A stretch of 64,000 nt of DNA from Deltaproteobacteria bacterium (GCA_021813445.1 JAKAKP010000059.1:20002-84001); one strand, 5' to 3'. Positions 44,741 through 54,827 are shown, counted from the first letter of the stretch. Translations and numbers: made by a program. The notes: generated by a model not told the origin, from the sequence alone.

Positions 44741-46139
44741 GCAATTCTTGCACGGTATCGAAGTAGTCGAGATCGATGACGGCATCAGGTCGATCAGCAC
44801 GGTCGCCTCCAGCGTCATCGGCCTGGTGGGCACCGCGCCCAAGGGCCCGGTCAATACCCCGACCCTGATTGCGGGCTCGCTCAAAGAGGCCGTGACCCAG
44901 TTCGGCAATGGTCTCGGGACCATTCCGGACGCCCTGGACGCCATTTTTGACCATATCGGCGCAATGGTGGTGGTGGTCAACGTGCTCGACCCCGCGGTCC
45001 ATAAGACGCAGGTGGCGCCCAAGAGCTACACCCTGGACGACCAGGGCCAGATCACCCTGGACCACCAGTACGTCCTGAACTGCGTGGTCAAGGACTCTAC
45101 CGGCGTCACCACCTATGTGGCCGGCACCGATTACACCCTGGACGCCGAGGCGGGGACCGTGACCAGGCTCACCGGCGGCACCATCCAGGCCGGGGCGACG
45201 CTGAAGATCAATTATGACCGCCCGGACCCGACCCTGGTGACCACCGCCGACGTGATGGGCGGCGTCGATGCGGACACCGGCGCCTATACCGGTGTGCATG
45301 CCCTGTTGGGAGCTGAGAGCGTGGTGCACGTCACGCCCCGCATCCTGATTGCTCCTGGCTTTACCCACGAGCGCACGGGCGACCTGGCCAACCCGGTGGT
45401 CTCGGAGCTGCTGGGAATCGCCGACCGGCTCCGGGCCGTGATCATCGCCGACGGGCCGAACACCAATGACGCCGACGCCATCACCTACCGGGAGGATTGG
45501 GGCAGCCCCCGGGTCTATGTGGTGGACCCCTGGGTGCAGGTTTGGGACACCGTGACCAATGCCCCGGTGGCCATGCCGCCGTCCGCCCGGGTGGCCGGGA
45601 TCATCGCCAAGAGCGACAACGAGAGGGGCTTCTGGTGGAGTCCCTCCAACCGGGAGATCTACGGCATTGTCGGGACCGCCCGGCCGGTGGATTTTGCCCT
45701 GGGCGACCCCAACTGCCGGGCCAATCACCTCAACGCCAACGAGGTGGCCACCATCATCCGCAAGGACGGCTACCGGCTCTGGGGCAACCGCACCTGCTCG
45801 ATGGATCAGAAGTGGGCCTTCCTGTCGGTCCGGCGGACCGCGGACATGATCAACGAAAGCCTGCTGCAGGCGCACCTCTGGGCCGTGGACCGCAACATCA
45901 CCAAGACCTATATCGATGAGGTGACCGAGGGGGTCAACGCCTACCTGCGGCACCTGGTGGCCGTAGGGGCCATTCTGGGCGGCAAGTGCTACGCCGATCC
46001 GGACCTCAACACCCCGGACCAGATCATGGACGGCAAGGTCTATTTCGACTTCGACTTTACCCCGCCCTATCCGGCCGAGCACATCACGTTCCGCAGCCAC
46101 CTGGTGGACGACTACATCGAAGAGGTTTTCTCCAAATAG
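44733..46139 (+). CDS. Contractile tail sheath protein (gpFI-like)
   Basis: 468 aa. N-terminus FLHGIEVVEIDDG and C-terminal conserved region (RGFWWSPSN...VATIIRKDGYRLWGNRT). Confidence 0.9.
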   Translation: MPEQFLHGIEVVEIDDGIRSISTVASSVIGLVGTAPKGPVNTPTLIAGSLKEAVTQFGNGLGTIPDALDAIFDHIGAMVVVVNVLDPAVHKTQVAPKSYTLDDQGQITLDHQYVLNCVVKDSTGVTTYVAGTDYTLDAEAGTVTRLTGGTIQAGATLKINYDRPDPTLVTTADVMGGVDADTGAYTGVHALLGAESVVHVTPRILIAPGFTHERTGDLANPVVSELLGIADRLRAVIIADGPNTNDADAITYREDWGSPRVYVVDPWVQVWDTVTNAPVAMPPSARVAGIIAKSDNERGFWWSPSNREIYGIVGTARPVDFALGDPNCRANHLNANEVATIIRKDGYRLWGNRTCSMDQKWAFLSVRRTADMINESLLQAHLWAVDRNITKTYIDEVTEGVNAYLRHLVAVGAILGGKCYADPDLNTPDQIMDGKVYFDFDFTPPYPAEHITFRSHLVDDYIEEVFSK

Positions 46140-46150
46140 GAGGGTAGGCC

Positions 46151-46660
46151 ATGATCCCGAGAAAATTAAAGTATTTTAACCTGTTTGTGGATGGCCGGGG
46201 CTATGCCGGCAAGATCCAGGAGGCGGAGCTGCCCAAGCTCGCCATCAAGGACGAGGAGTTTCGCGCCGGCGGCATGGATGCGCCCCTGATGATCGACCTG
46301 GGCATGGAGAAGCTGGAATGCAAGTTCACCCTGGGCGAGTACAACGAGGACACCATCCGGCTCTTCGGGCTGCAGGACAGTGCGGCCGTATCGCTGCGCC
46401 TGAAGGGCTCCATCGAATCGGACGACCTCAACGGCTTTAAAACGCCGGTGGAGGTGGTGATCCAGGGCCGCTGGAAGGAGATGGAGTGGGACAAGTGGAA
46501 GGCCGGCGACGATTCCACCAAGAAGGTCGCCGTGGCCGTCTCCTACTACCGCTATATCAGCAACGGCGAGACCCTGGTCGAGATCGACGTGCCCAACATG
46601 ATCCGCATCATCAACGGCGTGGATTACCTGGCGGTGAGCCGGGCCAACATCGGGCTGTAA
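46151..46660 (+). CDS. Tail tube protein (gpFII-like)
   Basis: MIPRKLKYFNLFVDGRGYAGKIQEAELPKL...FRAGGMD, typical gpFII family. Confidence 0.9.
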   Translation: MIPRKLKYFNLFVDGRGYAGKIQEAELPKLAIKDEEFRAGGMDAPLMIDLGMEKLECKFTLGEYNEDTIRLFGLQDSAAVSLRLKGSIESDDLNGFKTPVEVVIQGRWKEMEWDKWKAGDDSTKKVAVAVSYYRYISNGETLVEIDVPNMIRIINGVDYLAVSRANIGL

Positions 46661-46675
46661 TAAGGAGGCCGCCGC

Positions 46676-46948
46676 ATGTTCACCGATATTCCCCTGGATT
46701 ACCCCATCACCATCGACGGGGTCGAGGTCAAGAGCCTCAAGATGCGCCGGCCCAAGGTGCGGGACATGATCGCCTCCACCAAAGGCCAAAGCGGCAATGA
46801 GGCCAAGGAGGTCAAGCTCTTTGCCAACCTCTGCGAGGTTACGGAGAAGGATATCAACGAGCTTGATCTGGCCGACTACAAGAAGCTGCAGGATACGTTC
46901 AACGATTTTTTGTTATCGAAGAGCGCTCCTGCCGGGAGGCCGTCGTAA
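46676..46948 (+). CDS. Tail assembly chaperone (gpE-like); a -1 frameshift gives the extended E+E' product ending at 47049
   Basis: Position between the tube and tape-measure genes. The overlapping -1 frame encodes ...ILAKHTGWGLHELLDLEPEELLRWLEAVPKAKS, typical of the E' extension. Confidence 0.8.
   Translation: MFTDIPLDYPITIDGVEVKSLKMRRPKVRDMIASTKGQSGNEAKEVKLFANLCEVTEKDINELDLADYKKLQDTFNDFLLSKSAPAGRPS
46906..46912 (+). promoter_or_regulatory. Programmed -1 ribosomal frameshift slippery heptamer T TTT TTG
   Basis: T_TTT_TTG in the zero frame of the chaperone gene. The -1 frame is open from here to TAA at 47047-47049. Confidence 0.75.
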
Positions 46949-47063
46949 TCCTGGCGAAGCATACCGGCTGGGGTTTGCACGAGCTGCTCGATCTGGAACC
47001 TGAGGAATTGCTTCGCTGGCTGGAAGCCGTTCCAAAAGCAAAAAGCTAATAGCGAATAGCGAA

Positions 47064-50000
47064 ATGGGCAAAACCTTCAATCTTTCCGTGGTCATCGGCG
47101 CCGCCTTAAGCGGTACTTTCAAGAGTACCATTGGCGGCGCCCTGGGCCAGGTGAAAGGGCTGGGCACGGCCATCCAGCGCCTGGAGTCCGGCCGGGCGGA
47201 TATCGACCGATTCCGGGAGTTGAAGACCGGCCTGGTGGCGACCAAATCCGCGCTGGCTGCGGCGCAAACCGAAGCCGGCCGGCTGGCCCGGGAGTTCAAG
47301 GCCGCGGACTTAGAAAGCGCCAGGCTGGGGAAAGACCTGGCGGCCGCCAAGGAGCGGCTGGCCGCGGTGGCCGCGGAGATGAAGGGGGCCAAGCGGCCGG
47401 GCGAAGAGCTGAAGCAGGCCTACGCCGCGGCCAAGGCCGAAGTGAAATCCCTGGGAGAGGCCCAAAGGCAGGCGGCCCGGCAGGCCTCCGCCCTGGGAGA
47501 GAGTTTTAGCGCGGCCCGGGCGAAGGTGGGCTCTCTCAAGGCCCAGGTGGAGAGCCAAGGTGTGTCCCTGCAGCGCCTGCGCCAACAGATGCAGCAGGCC
47601 GGGATCTCCACCCGGAGTCTGGCCGCGGACCAGGCCAAGCTGGGGGCCGCCCTGGAGCGGGCCCGCAGCGCCCAGGCCAAGCTGGGCGCGGCCCTGGCGG
47701 CCCAGAAGTCGAACCTGGAGAAGCGGGCCCAATACCGGGGGCAGCTCTTTGACGCCGTAGCGATGGGGGCGTCTATTGCCGCCCCCATGAAAGCCGCCAT
47801 TGATTTTGAATCGGCTATGGCCGACGTGGGTAAGGCAGTGAACTTCGAGCAGCCGGACGGCCTGGTCCAGATGGGCCGTACGATCAAGGAAATGGCCCGC
47901 GATATACCGGTAAGTCAAAGTGGATTGGCGAAAATTACGGAGGCTGGTGGGAAATTAGGGATAGATAGCAATATGTTAGAGCAATACACCAAGCTTGTAG
48001 CTATACAGTCTGTCGCCTTCGACATGTCCGCGGAGGAAGCCGGGACCTCAATGGCAAAAATCAGAAATATTTATGACTTGTCCTTGAAAGGTGTCACCCT
48101 GCTGGGCGACGCCATCAACTATCTGGGAGATAAGAGTGCGTCAAACGAAAGAGATATTGTCAATGTTATGACCCGGATTGGCGGAACCGCCAGGATGATT
48201 GGAATGGCGGCAGAGAAGGCTGCTGCTTGGGGCAGCACTATGGTGTCGTTAGGCCGCGCTCCAGAAGTAGCCGCCACGGGTCTCAATGCACTTATGATAA
48301 AGCTTTATAATGCTGACAAGGGCAATAAAAAATTTCAGAACGGCCTGATTAAAGCGGGAATCAGTGCCAAAAAATTAAAGCAGGCCATGCTGAAAGATGC
48401 CAATGGGGCTTTATTGGCATTTTTGGAAACCCTGGCCAAGGTACCCAAAGACAAACAAAGCGGCATCTTAGTTGATCTATTTGGCATGGAATATGCTGAT
48501 GATATAGCGATCCTAATAGGAGGAATCAAAGAACTTAGAAAAGAGCTGGGATACGTGGCCGAAGAATCGAACTATGCCGGGTCTACGCAGAAGGTATTTG
48601 AGGCCCGGAAAAAAACTACAGCCAATTATCTCCAACTCTTAAAGAACCGGGTGGTGGAAGCCGGGATCAACTTCGGAACCGTGTTTCTATCAGGCACTAT
48701 CGCGGTGGCGAGCGGCATCGGCAAATGCACCACGCTCCTGGCGATTCTGGCCGAGAGATTTCCCCTGCTCACGAAAGTGATTGGTGGGACCATCGTTGGC
48801 TTTATCGGCCTCCGGGTGGCCACCATCGGCTTTGGTTATGCCAGCACCTTTGTCATGGGCGGCATCAATACCTTGAAGGTGGCGTTCGCCAGCCTGACAG
48901 CCCGTATTGCTCAAGCCCGTATCGGCATGACCGCTTTCAATGCCACGGCCGGAGGGACGGCCCTGGGTGGCGTGGCCGCCAGGGCCCTGACCCCGGTGCG
49001 GGCGATAGGCAACGCGGTGCTCCATCCGATAACGGCCTTGCGCTCCCTGGGGTCGACCTTGGCCGGGCTGGGGCGGGGCGCGGCCAGGGGTGCCGGGGCC
49101 GGGTTGCGCAGCATCGGGTCGGCGGCCCTGGGAATGGGAAGGTTTTTGCTCAACCCCGTCGGGGCTCTACGTTCCCTGGGCGGGGCGATGCTCGGCTTCG
49201 CCCGGCTGGCGGTGCCCGCGGTGGTGGGCGGCATCCGGGCCATTGGCCTGGCCATCGTCAGCAATCCGGTGGGAGTGGGCCTGGCGGTGATCACCGGGGC
49301 CGCCCTGCTGATCTACAAATACTGGGAACCCGTCAAGTCCTTCTTTGGCGGGTTCTGGCAAGGGTTTAAGGGTGGATTTTCCAGCGTCTTTGGCGGCATA
49401 GGCGCGGCCCTGGCGCCTTTGCAGCCGGTTTTCAACGCCGTGGGGACGGCGGTAAATTGGGTCTGGAACGGCATTAAGAGCCTGGTCGCATGGTTCGGCA
49501 ACCTCCTGGGTCCGGCCAATACCTCCAGCGAAACCCTAAAACAATGCGCCAGCGCCGGCCAGGTCGTAGGTCAGGTTCTCGGCGTGGTGGTGGGCGGCGC
49601 AGTGAAGCTGCTGATTGCGCCTTTTCAGCTGCTCGGCTCGGCCGTGCAGTTTGTCTGGAACCTCTTCAAAGATGGGCCGTATCAGGCCGTGGTTAACGGC
49701 TTTAACCAGGTCAAGGCCTGGCTGGAAAACTTCAGCCTGGCGGATGTGGGCCGCAAAATCATCGGCACCTTGGTGGACGGCATTAAAAGCGTGGGCTCCG
49801 CCGTCAAAAATGCGGTCAAGTCGGCCTTTACCCATGCCGATCCCATGTTCCCTCATTCAGATGCGGCGGAAGGCCCCTTCTCCCGGTTGACGGCCAGCGG
49901 CCGGGCCTTGATGGAGACCTTCGGCGCGGGCATCGAAGCCGCGGGCAGCCGGGCCCTGGTCAATCCTCTGGGCCGCATTTTCGGGGCCGCCCGGCAACTG

Positions 50001-50516
50001 CTGAGCCGGCCCCTGGGCGCGGCCGCCAACCTGATGCCGAACCTGCGCCTGTCAGAGGTATTCGCCCCGGCCAAGCGTCTGCTTGGCGCTACGGCTCTGG
50101 CCCTGCCCCTGGTGCTGCAGCCGAACTTGGCGCTGCCGGACCTGCAGGCCCGGGCCTCTTGGAATATTACCCGCCCTGCCATTCCGGGGCTTCCTAACCT
50201 GGGTGCGGCCCTCAACTGGCGGTCCATTCCTCCGGCGGCCCCGGCTATGCCCGAGATCGGCGCGGCAATTAGAGCGGAAAGGCCCAAGCCGGAGATTTCG
50301 GCGTTGAGTGACCGCAGCGGGGTGCGCTCCGGTATGGAGTCCCCGTCAAGGCCCGCGCCCATCACCATCAACATGACCGGCGATATCGTAGTGCATGCCG
50401 CCCCGGGCGCGGATGGGGCAGACATCGCCGCCCAGGTGCGGGAGCAGGTGCGCCTGGCCCTGGAAGAGGCCAGGCGGAGTCTCGAAGCCGAACAGCGGGG
50501 GGCGCTCCATGATTGA
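47064..50516 (+). CDS. Tail tape measure protein
   Basis: 1150 aa. Ala/Gly-rich coiled-coil N-terminus, conserved TMP core (MTRIGGTARMIGM...), hydrophobic Gly-rich segments. Confidence 0.9.
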   Translation: MGKTFNLSVVIGAALSGTFKSTIGGALGQVKGLGTAIQRLESGRADIDRFRELKTGLVATKSALAAAQTEAGRLAREFKAADLESARLGKDLAAAKERLAAVAAEMKGAKRPGEELKQAYAAAKAEVKSLGEAQRQAARQASALGESFSAARAKVGSLKAQVESQGVSLQRLRQQMQQAGISTRSLAADQAKLGAALERARSAQAKLGAALAAQKSNLEKRAQYRGQLFDAVAMGASIAAPMKAAIDFESAMADVGKAVNFEQPDGLVQMGRTIKEMARDIPVSQSGLAKITEAGGKLGIDSNMLEQYTKLVAIQSVAFDMSAEEAGTSMAKIRNIYDLSLKGVTLLGDAINYLGDKSASNERDIVNVMTRIGGTARMIGMAAEKAAAWGSTMVSLGRAPEVAATGLNALMIKLYNADKGNKKFQNGLIKAGISAKKLKQAMLKDANGALLAFLETLAKVPKDKQSGILVDLFGMEYADDIAILIGGIKELRKELGYVAEESNYAGSTQKVFEARKKTTANYLQLLKNRVVEAGINFGTVFLSGTIAVASGIGKCTTLLAILAERFPLLTKVIGGTIVGFIGLRVATIGFGYASTFVMGGINTLKVAFASLTARIAQARIGMTAFNATAGGTALGGVAARALTPVRAIGNAVLHPITALRSLGSTLAGLGRGAARGAGAGLRSIGSAALGMGRFLLNPVGALRSLGGAMLGFARLAVPAVVGGIRAIGLAIVSNPVGVGLAVITGAALLIYKYWEPVKSFFGGFWQGFKGGFSSVFGGIGAALAPLQPVFNAVGTAVNWVWNGIKSLVAWFGNLLGPANTSSETLKQCASAGQVVGQVLGVVVGGAVKLLIAPFQLLGSAVQFVWNLFKDGPYQAVVNGFNQVKAWLENFSLADVGRKIIGTLVDGIKSVGSAVKNAVKSAFTHADPMFPHSDAAEGPFSRLTASGRALMETFGAGIEAAGSRALVNPLGRIFGAARQLLSRPLGAAANLMPNLRLSEVFAPAKRLLGATALALPLVLQPNLALPDLQARASWNITRPAIPGLPNLGAALNWRSIPPAAPAMPEIGAAIRAERPKPEISALSDRSGVRSGMESPSRPAPITINMTGDIVVHAAPGADGADIAAQVREQVRLALEEARRSLEAEQRGALHD

Positions 50517-50919
50517 CGTGATGATGATGCTGGGCGGCTTCATGTTTAGCATCGACACCGCGGCCTACCAGGAGCTGACCCGGTCCAACCATTACCGCTG
50601 GCCCAGCCAGGAGCGGGTAACCCGGGAGGAGGCCCTGCAATACGTCGGACCCGGTGCGGAAAGGATCAGCCTGAAAGGGGTCATCTATCCCCATTACAAG
50701 GGCGGCCTGCATCAAATCCAGTTGCTGCGGGAGGAGGCCGCCCTGGGCGTGCCCCTGCTCCTGGTGGACGGCAATGGCTGGTTCTGGGGTAGATACGTCA
50801 TCAAGCGGATCGAGGAGACCCGGACGGTCTTCTTTGCCGACGGGACGCCCCGGAAAATAGATTTCTGCTTGGACCTCAAGCTCTATGGGGATGACGCCTA
50901 TGGCGCAGTACCGGTGTAA
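50509..50919 (+). CDS. Tail protein gpU
   Basis: MMMLGGFMFSIDTAAYQELTRS...FFADGTPRKIDF closely resembles P2 gpU. Start at ATG 50509 overlapping the TMP stop. Confidence 0.85.
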   Translation: MIDVMMMLGGFMFSIDTAAYQELTRSNHYRWPSQERVTREEALQYVGPGAERISLKGVIYPHYKGGLHQIQLLREEAALGVPLLLVDGNGWFWGRYVIKRIEETRTVFFADGTPRKIDFCLDLKLYGDDAYGAVPV

Positions 50920-51106
50920 GGACGGCGACATGCTGGATTGGATCTGTTACCGGCATTACGGCCAGGAATCCGGGGCGGTGGAGGCGGTGCTGGAGGCCAA
51001 TCCCGGCCTGGCCAAGCTGGGCCCGGTCCTGCCCGCCGGCACCCTCATCGAACTGCCGGCTCTCCCCGATACCAGCCAAAAAAGCACCGTGAGGTTGTGG
51101 AATTGA
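50900..51106 (+). CDS. Tail protein X (gpX, LysM-like)
   Basis: MAQYRCKDGDMLDWICYRHYGQESGAVEAVLEANPGLAKLGPVLPAGTLIELPAL parallels P2 gpX. Confidence 0.85.
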   Translation: MAQYRCKDGDMLDWICYRHYGQESGAVEAVLEANPGLAKLGPVLPAGTLIELPALPDTSQKSTVRLWN

Positions 51107-52116
51107 GACCGGCCTTTCAAATCTTAGCTGACAAGGTGGACGTTACCGCCAAGATCCAGGACCGGCTGCTGCGCCTGTGCATCACCGATGCGGCCGGGGT
51201 CAAAAGCGATACCGCGGAAATCAGCCTGGACGACCGGGACGCGGCCCTGGAGATTCCCCGGAAAGGCGCCAAATTGGAAATTTGGCTGGGCTATATCGAA
51301 ACCGGCGTCTTTCTCATGGGGATCTATGTGGTGGATGAGGTCGAGCTGTCCGGGCCGCCCCGGACCATGCTGATCCGGGCCAAGGCCGCGGACATGCTCC
51401 AGACCCTGAAGTCTCCCAAGACCCGGCCCTGGGATAAGGTCACGCTCGGGAACATCGTCAAGAAGATCGCTTCGGAGCATGGCTATCAGCCCCAGGTCGA
51501 CCCCTCCCTGGCCGGGATCTCGTTCGAGCACGTGGATCAGACCGAAGAGTCGGATATGCATTTTCTCACCCGGCTGGCCAAGCAGTATGATGCGGTGGCC
51601 AAGCCGGCCAACGGTTACTTGGTGCTGGTTCCCAAGGGTAGCAGCAAGAGTGCCGGCGGCCAGGACCTGCCGGTGGTTCCGCTGGCTTTATCCGACCTCA
51701 CCTCCTGGAATGTGACCCTGGCGGACCGGGGCAAATATAAGACCGTCAAGGTCTATTACCATGACTGGAAAACCGGCAAGCGCACCGAAATCAAGGTAGG
51801 GACCGAAGACCCGGCCTATGTGCTGAGACATACCTACCCCAATGCCGATCAGGCCAAGGCGGCCGGCTCGGCCAAGTTGCAAGGGTTTTTCCGGGGCGAG
51901 GCCAAGGCCTCCTTTTGTTTTCCGGGAAACCCCCTGGTGGCGGCCGAGATCAAGCTGGTGGTGGCCGGCGTGCGGGACGGGGTTGACGGCGAGTGGATTG
52001 TCCGGTCCGTGACCCATGAACTTTCCAACAGCGGCTATAGCAGCCGGGTGGAGGCCGAGGCGCCCAAAGAGCCCCAGGCTTCCGAAAGCAATGGCGGGGG
52101 TGCGGACCTATGGTAG
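51097..52116 (+). CDS. Late control/tail protein gpD
   Basis: RPAFQILADKVDVTAKIQDRLLRLCITDAAGVKSDTAEISLDD.... Start placed at GTG 51097 or TTG 51103; the track ORF from 50938 overlaps gpX entirely. Confidence 0.85.
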   Translation: MELRPAFQILADKVDVTAKIQDRLLRLCITDAAGVKSDTAEISLDDRDAALEIPRKGAKLEIWLGYIETGVFLMGIYVVDEVELSGPPRTMLIRAKAADMLQTLKSPKTRPWDKVTLGNIVKKIASEHGYQPQVDPSLAGISFEHVDQTEESDMHFLTRLAKQYDAVAKPANGYLVLVPKGSSKSAGGQDLPVVPLALSDLTSWNVTLADRGKYKTVKVYYHDWKTGKRTEIKVGTEDPAYVLRHTYPNADQAKAAGSAKLQGFFRGEAKASFCFPGNPLVAAEIKLVVAGVRDGVDGEWIVRSVTHELSNSGYSSRVEAEAPKEPQASESNGGGADLW

Positions 52117-52454
52117 GCATGACCGGCATGAATGCCGTGACCGGGAAGCACCTGGACGGTCTGGCCCACTTAAGGCAGAGCATCAGCGATATCCTGCGCA
52201 CCCCCCTGGGCACCCGGGTGATGCGCCGGGAATACGGCTCGGGGCTCTTTGAGCTGATCGACCGGCCGGTGAACCGCACCTGGCTGGTGGAGGCTTACGC
52301 TGCGGTGGTGGCCGCGCTCGACCGCTGGGAGCCCCGCTTCAAATTGAAGAAAATCAAGATTAACACGGTGTCTGCCGCTTCCGTGACCCTGGATTTGACG
52401 GGAATCTACCTGGTGGACGGCAAACAGGTGGTTCTGGAGGGCATTATCATATGA
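52110..52454 (+). CDS. Baseplate wedge protein gpW (gp25-like)
   Basis: HLRQSISDILRTPLGTRVMRREYGSGLFELIDRP, GPW/gp25 signature. Confidence 0.85.
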   Translation: MVGMTGMNAVTGKHLDGLAHLRQSISDILRTPLGTRVMRREYGSGLFELIDRPVNRTWLVEAYAAVVAALDRWEPRFKLKKIKINTVSAASVTLDLTGIYLVDGKQVVLEGIII

Positions 52455-53344
52455 GCCGGGCGGTAATCGATCTCACCATCCTGCCGGCGCCTGATGTGGT
52501 CGAGGCCCTGGACTACGAGACGGTCCTGGCGGCCATGCTCTCTGATCTCAAGGCCCGGGATGAGTCCTTCAGCGCCATTGTGGAGTCCGATCCGGTTTAT
52601 AAAATCCTGGAGGTGGCGGCTTACCGGGAGACGCTGCTCAGGCAGCGGGTCAATGATGCCGCCCGGGCCGTGATGCTCGCCTTTTCCACCGGAGGCGACC
52701 TGGATCACCTGGGCGCGCTGTTTAATGTCAGCCGCCTGATTATCGATCCGGGCGACCCGGACGCCATTCCGCCCGTTGCCCCGACAATGGAGAGCGATAA
52801 GAAGTTTCGTTACCGCTGCCAGATGGCCTTCGAAGGGCTGAGCGTGGCCGGGCCGGTGGGGGCGTATGAGTTTCATGCCCTGGGGGCTTCGGGTAAGGTC
52901 AAGGACGTCTCCATCCAGTCGCCGGCGCCCGGCAAGGTGGACGTGGTGGTGCTGTCCACGGTGGGGGACGGCGCTCCGGACGCCGAACTTTTGGCGGCGG
53001 TGGAGGCCGCGGTTAACCGGGAGGAGGTGCGGCCCCTGACCGATGAAGTAGCCATAATCGCCGCAGAGGTAGTCCATTATGAATTGTCCGCCACGCTGAT
53101 CCTTTATGAGGAGCCTGACGCCGGCGTGGTGCTGGCTGCCGCCATTGCTACGGCTAATGCCTGGGTGGCCAACCAGCATGCCCTGGGGCATGATATTACC
53201 CTCTCGGGTCTCTATGCCGCGCTCCACCAGGCCGGGGTGCAAAAGGTGATTCTCGCCAGCCCCACCGACAATATCGTCATCAGCCCTTATCAGGCGGCTT
53301 GGTGCGATGCGGTCAACGTGGCGGTGGGAGGCCGGGATGAGTAG
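52451..53344 (+). CDS. Baseplate protein J
   Basis: Typical gpJ N-terminus (LPAPDVVEALDYETVLAAML...LRQRVNDAARAVMLAFSTGGDLDHLG). Confidence 0.85.
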   Translation: MSRAVIDLTILPAPDVVEALDYETVLAAMLSDLKARDESFSAIVESDPVYKILEVAAYRETLLRQRVNDAARAVMLAFSTGGDLDHLGALFNVSRLIIDPGDPDAIPPVAPTMESDKKFRYRCQMAFEGLSVAGPVGAYEFHALGASGKVKDVSIQSPAPGKVDVVVLSTVGDGAPDAELLAAVEAAVNREEVRPLTDEVAIIAAEVVHYELSATLILYEEPDAGVVLAAAIATANAWVANQHALGHDITLSGLYAALHQAGVQKVILASPTDNIVISPYQAAWCDAVNVAVGGRDE

Positions 53345-54803
53345 CCTGCTGCCCCCCAGCGCCTCGGCCCAGGAAAGGGCCATTGATGAGGCTATCGCCC
53401 GCCTGGGCGACGGCTCTCCGGATTATGGCCAGCTCTGGCGTCCGGAGGCCTGCCCCGCCGAGTTTCTGCCGTGGCTGGCCTGGGCCTTGTCGGTGGATTT
53501 CTGGAGATCCGACCTACCTGAAGACGTCAAGCGCAACCTGATTCAGGGGTCTTTTAACTGGCACAAAATCAAGGGCACGCCCTATGCGGTCAAGTGGCTC
53601 CTGGCGCAGCTCGGCTACCAGGATGTGGAGATCATCGAGTATATCAAGGCCCGGGAGCGGTTTGCGGCCCTCGGGGGCGTCAAGCTCGACGGCACCTGGC
53701 AGGTGGTGGCGGACGGCGACCCGGCCCCCAAGAAGCTGGTGGCCTATGAGCAGGTTATCGGTCTGGCCTATATGGAGCACTGGGCGCAGTTTGCGGTGCG
53801 CATCAATCTGCTGGAGGCCAGCCGGCCCGATTGGGTGCCGGAAATCAAGTGGGCGGTAGAGACCGCCAAGAACGCCCGGAGCTGGCCGGTGTGGGCCTAT
53901 TGGATGCTCCTGGAGCTATTGGCCACGCCCACCCAGGACCTCTCTTTCTACATGCGCAAGGAGGTTTCTCAGCCCTATCCCTGGTGCTCCCCGAAACTGG
54001 ACGGCACCTGGAAGGTCGGTTTTGACGCCCAGCCCTATAAGCTGGACGGCTCCTTGCTGGTGGACGGCTCCTGGCAGTTGGGCGGCATGCTGCACCCGGC
54101 CATGCCGTATGAGCATCTCCGGCAGTGTAATATCTTCGAAACTCTCTTTATGAAAAAAGAGATTGAGCGGCCGGAGCGCTATCTGGCGGCCCGGCTGGGC
54201 GAGTCCCGCCTGCGTCTGGGCAGACACTGGCAGGTGGGGATGAACCGCATCCTGGCATTGCCTGAGGCGGCCCTCTCCAAGGATATTGAGGCCAGTGCAG
54301 CCCCGGACCTGGGCCTCACCGAGCGGTTTGGCTTCCCGCTGGCTTATCCGGCCTCCCCGCGTCAGCTCAGTTCGCGTCCCAAACTGGCGCGGTGGCGCCG
54401 GCTGGACGGCTCCTGGGGGATCGGGCGGGCGGCAATGCCCCTGCCCCTGAACGGCGCCTGGAAAGTGAGAAGTCCGGGGATGTGGGCGGAAGCCCGGAGT
54501 GCGGTAAAAAAGGCCTGGTCTGGCGGGATCTTCGGCAAGCTGGGGCGGGCCGAAGTAAGAGTCGGCGAGAGATGGTCTCGCAAGCTGGACGGTCAATGGC
54601 AGGTGGGAGCGGCCCATGATGTCGACGGGACCTGGCGCCTGGATGGCAGTTGCCGGCTGTCAGCGCCGCGTCTGGGACCCTTTTACCGGCAATTAAATGG
54701 AACCTGGGGGCTCCGGGCCACTAAATTCCTGGACGGCGCCTGGAAGGTGGGTGCTCCGGGGCCGGCCTGCACGATGGATATTGTAATTCGGAGAGCCGCA
54801 TAA
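53337..54803 (+). CDS. Tail protein I (gpI) with long repeat-containing C-terminal extension
   Basis: gpI N-terminal domain (LLPPSASAQERAIDEA...EFLPWLAWALSVDFW...KGTPYAVKWLL), followed by about 370 aa carrying multiple LDG(T/S)W(K/Q)VG-like repeats. Confidence 0.8.
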   Translation: MSSLLPPSASAQERAIDEAIARLGDGSPDYGQLWRPEACPAEFLPWLAWALSVDFWRSDLPEDVKRNLIQGSFNWHKIKGTPYAVKWLLAQLGYQDVEIIEYIKARERFAALGGVKLDGTWQVVADGDPAPKKLVAYEQVIGLAYMEHWAQFAVRINLLEASRPDWVPEIKWAVETAKNARSWPVWAYWMLLELLATPTQDLSFYMRKEVSQPYPWCSPKLDGTWKVGFDAQPYKLDGSLLVDGSWQLGGMLHPAMPYEHLRQCNIFETLFMKKEIERPERYLAARLGESRLRLGRHWQVGMNRILALPEAALSKDIEASAAPDLGLTERFGFPLAYPASPRQLSSRPKLARWRRLDGSWGIGRAAMPLPLNGAWKVRSPGMWAEARSAVKKAWSGGIFGKLGRAEVRVGERWSRKLDGQWQVGAAHDVDGTWRLDGSCRLSAPRLGPFYRQLNGTWGLRATKFLDGAWKVGAPGPACTMDIVIRRAA

Positions 54804-54827
54804 TCAAGCGGATCAAGGAGGGGATTC

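Noticed and set aside
50938-51096. Long N-terminal extension of the gpD ORF (track start 50938), and similarly the ftsI extension to 3720, HdrA to 22944, MetF to 27131 and gpU to 50395.
   Set aside because: The extensions overlap the preceding genes entirely and are low-complexity Arg/Gly/Pro sequence. Internal starts give canonical N-termini and ATGA-type coupling.
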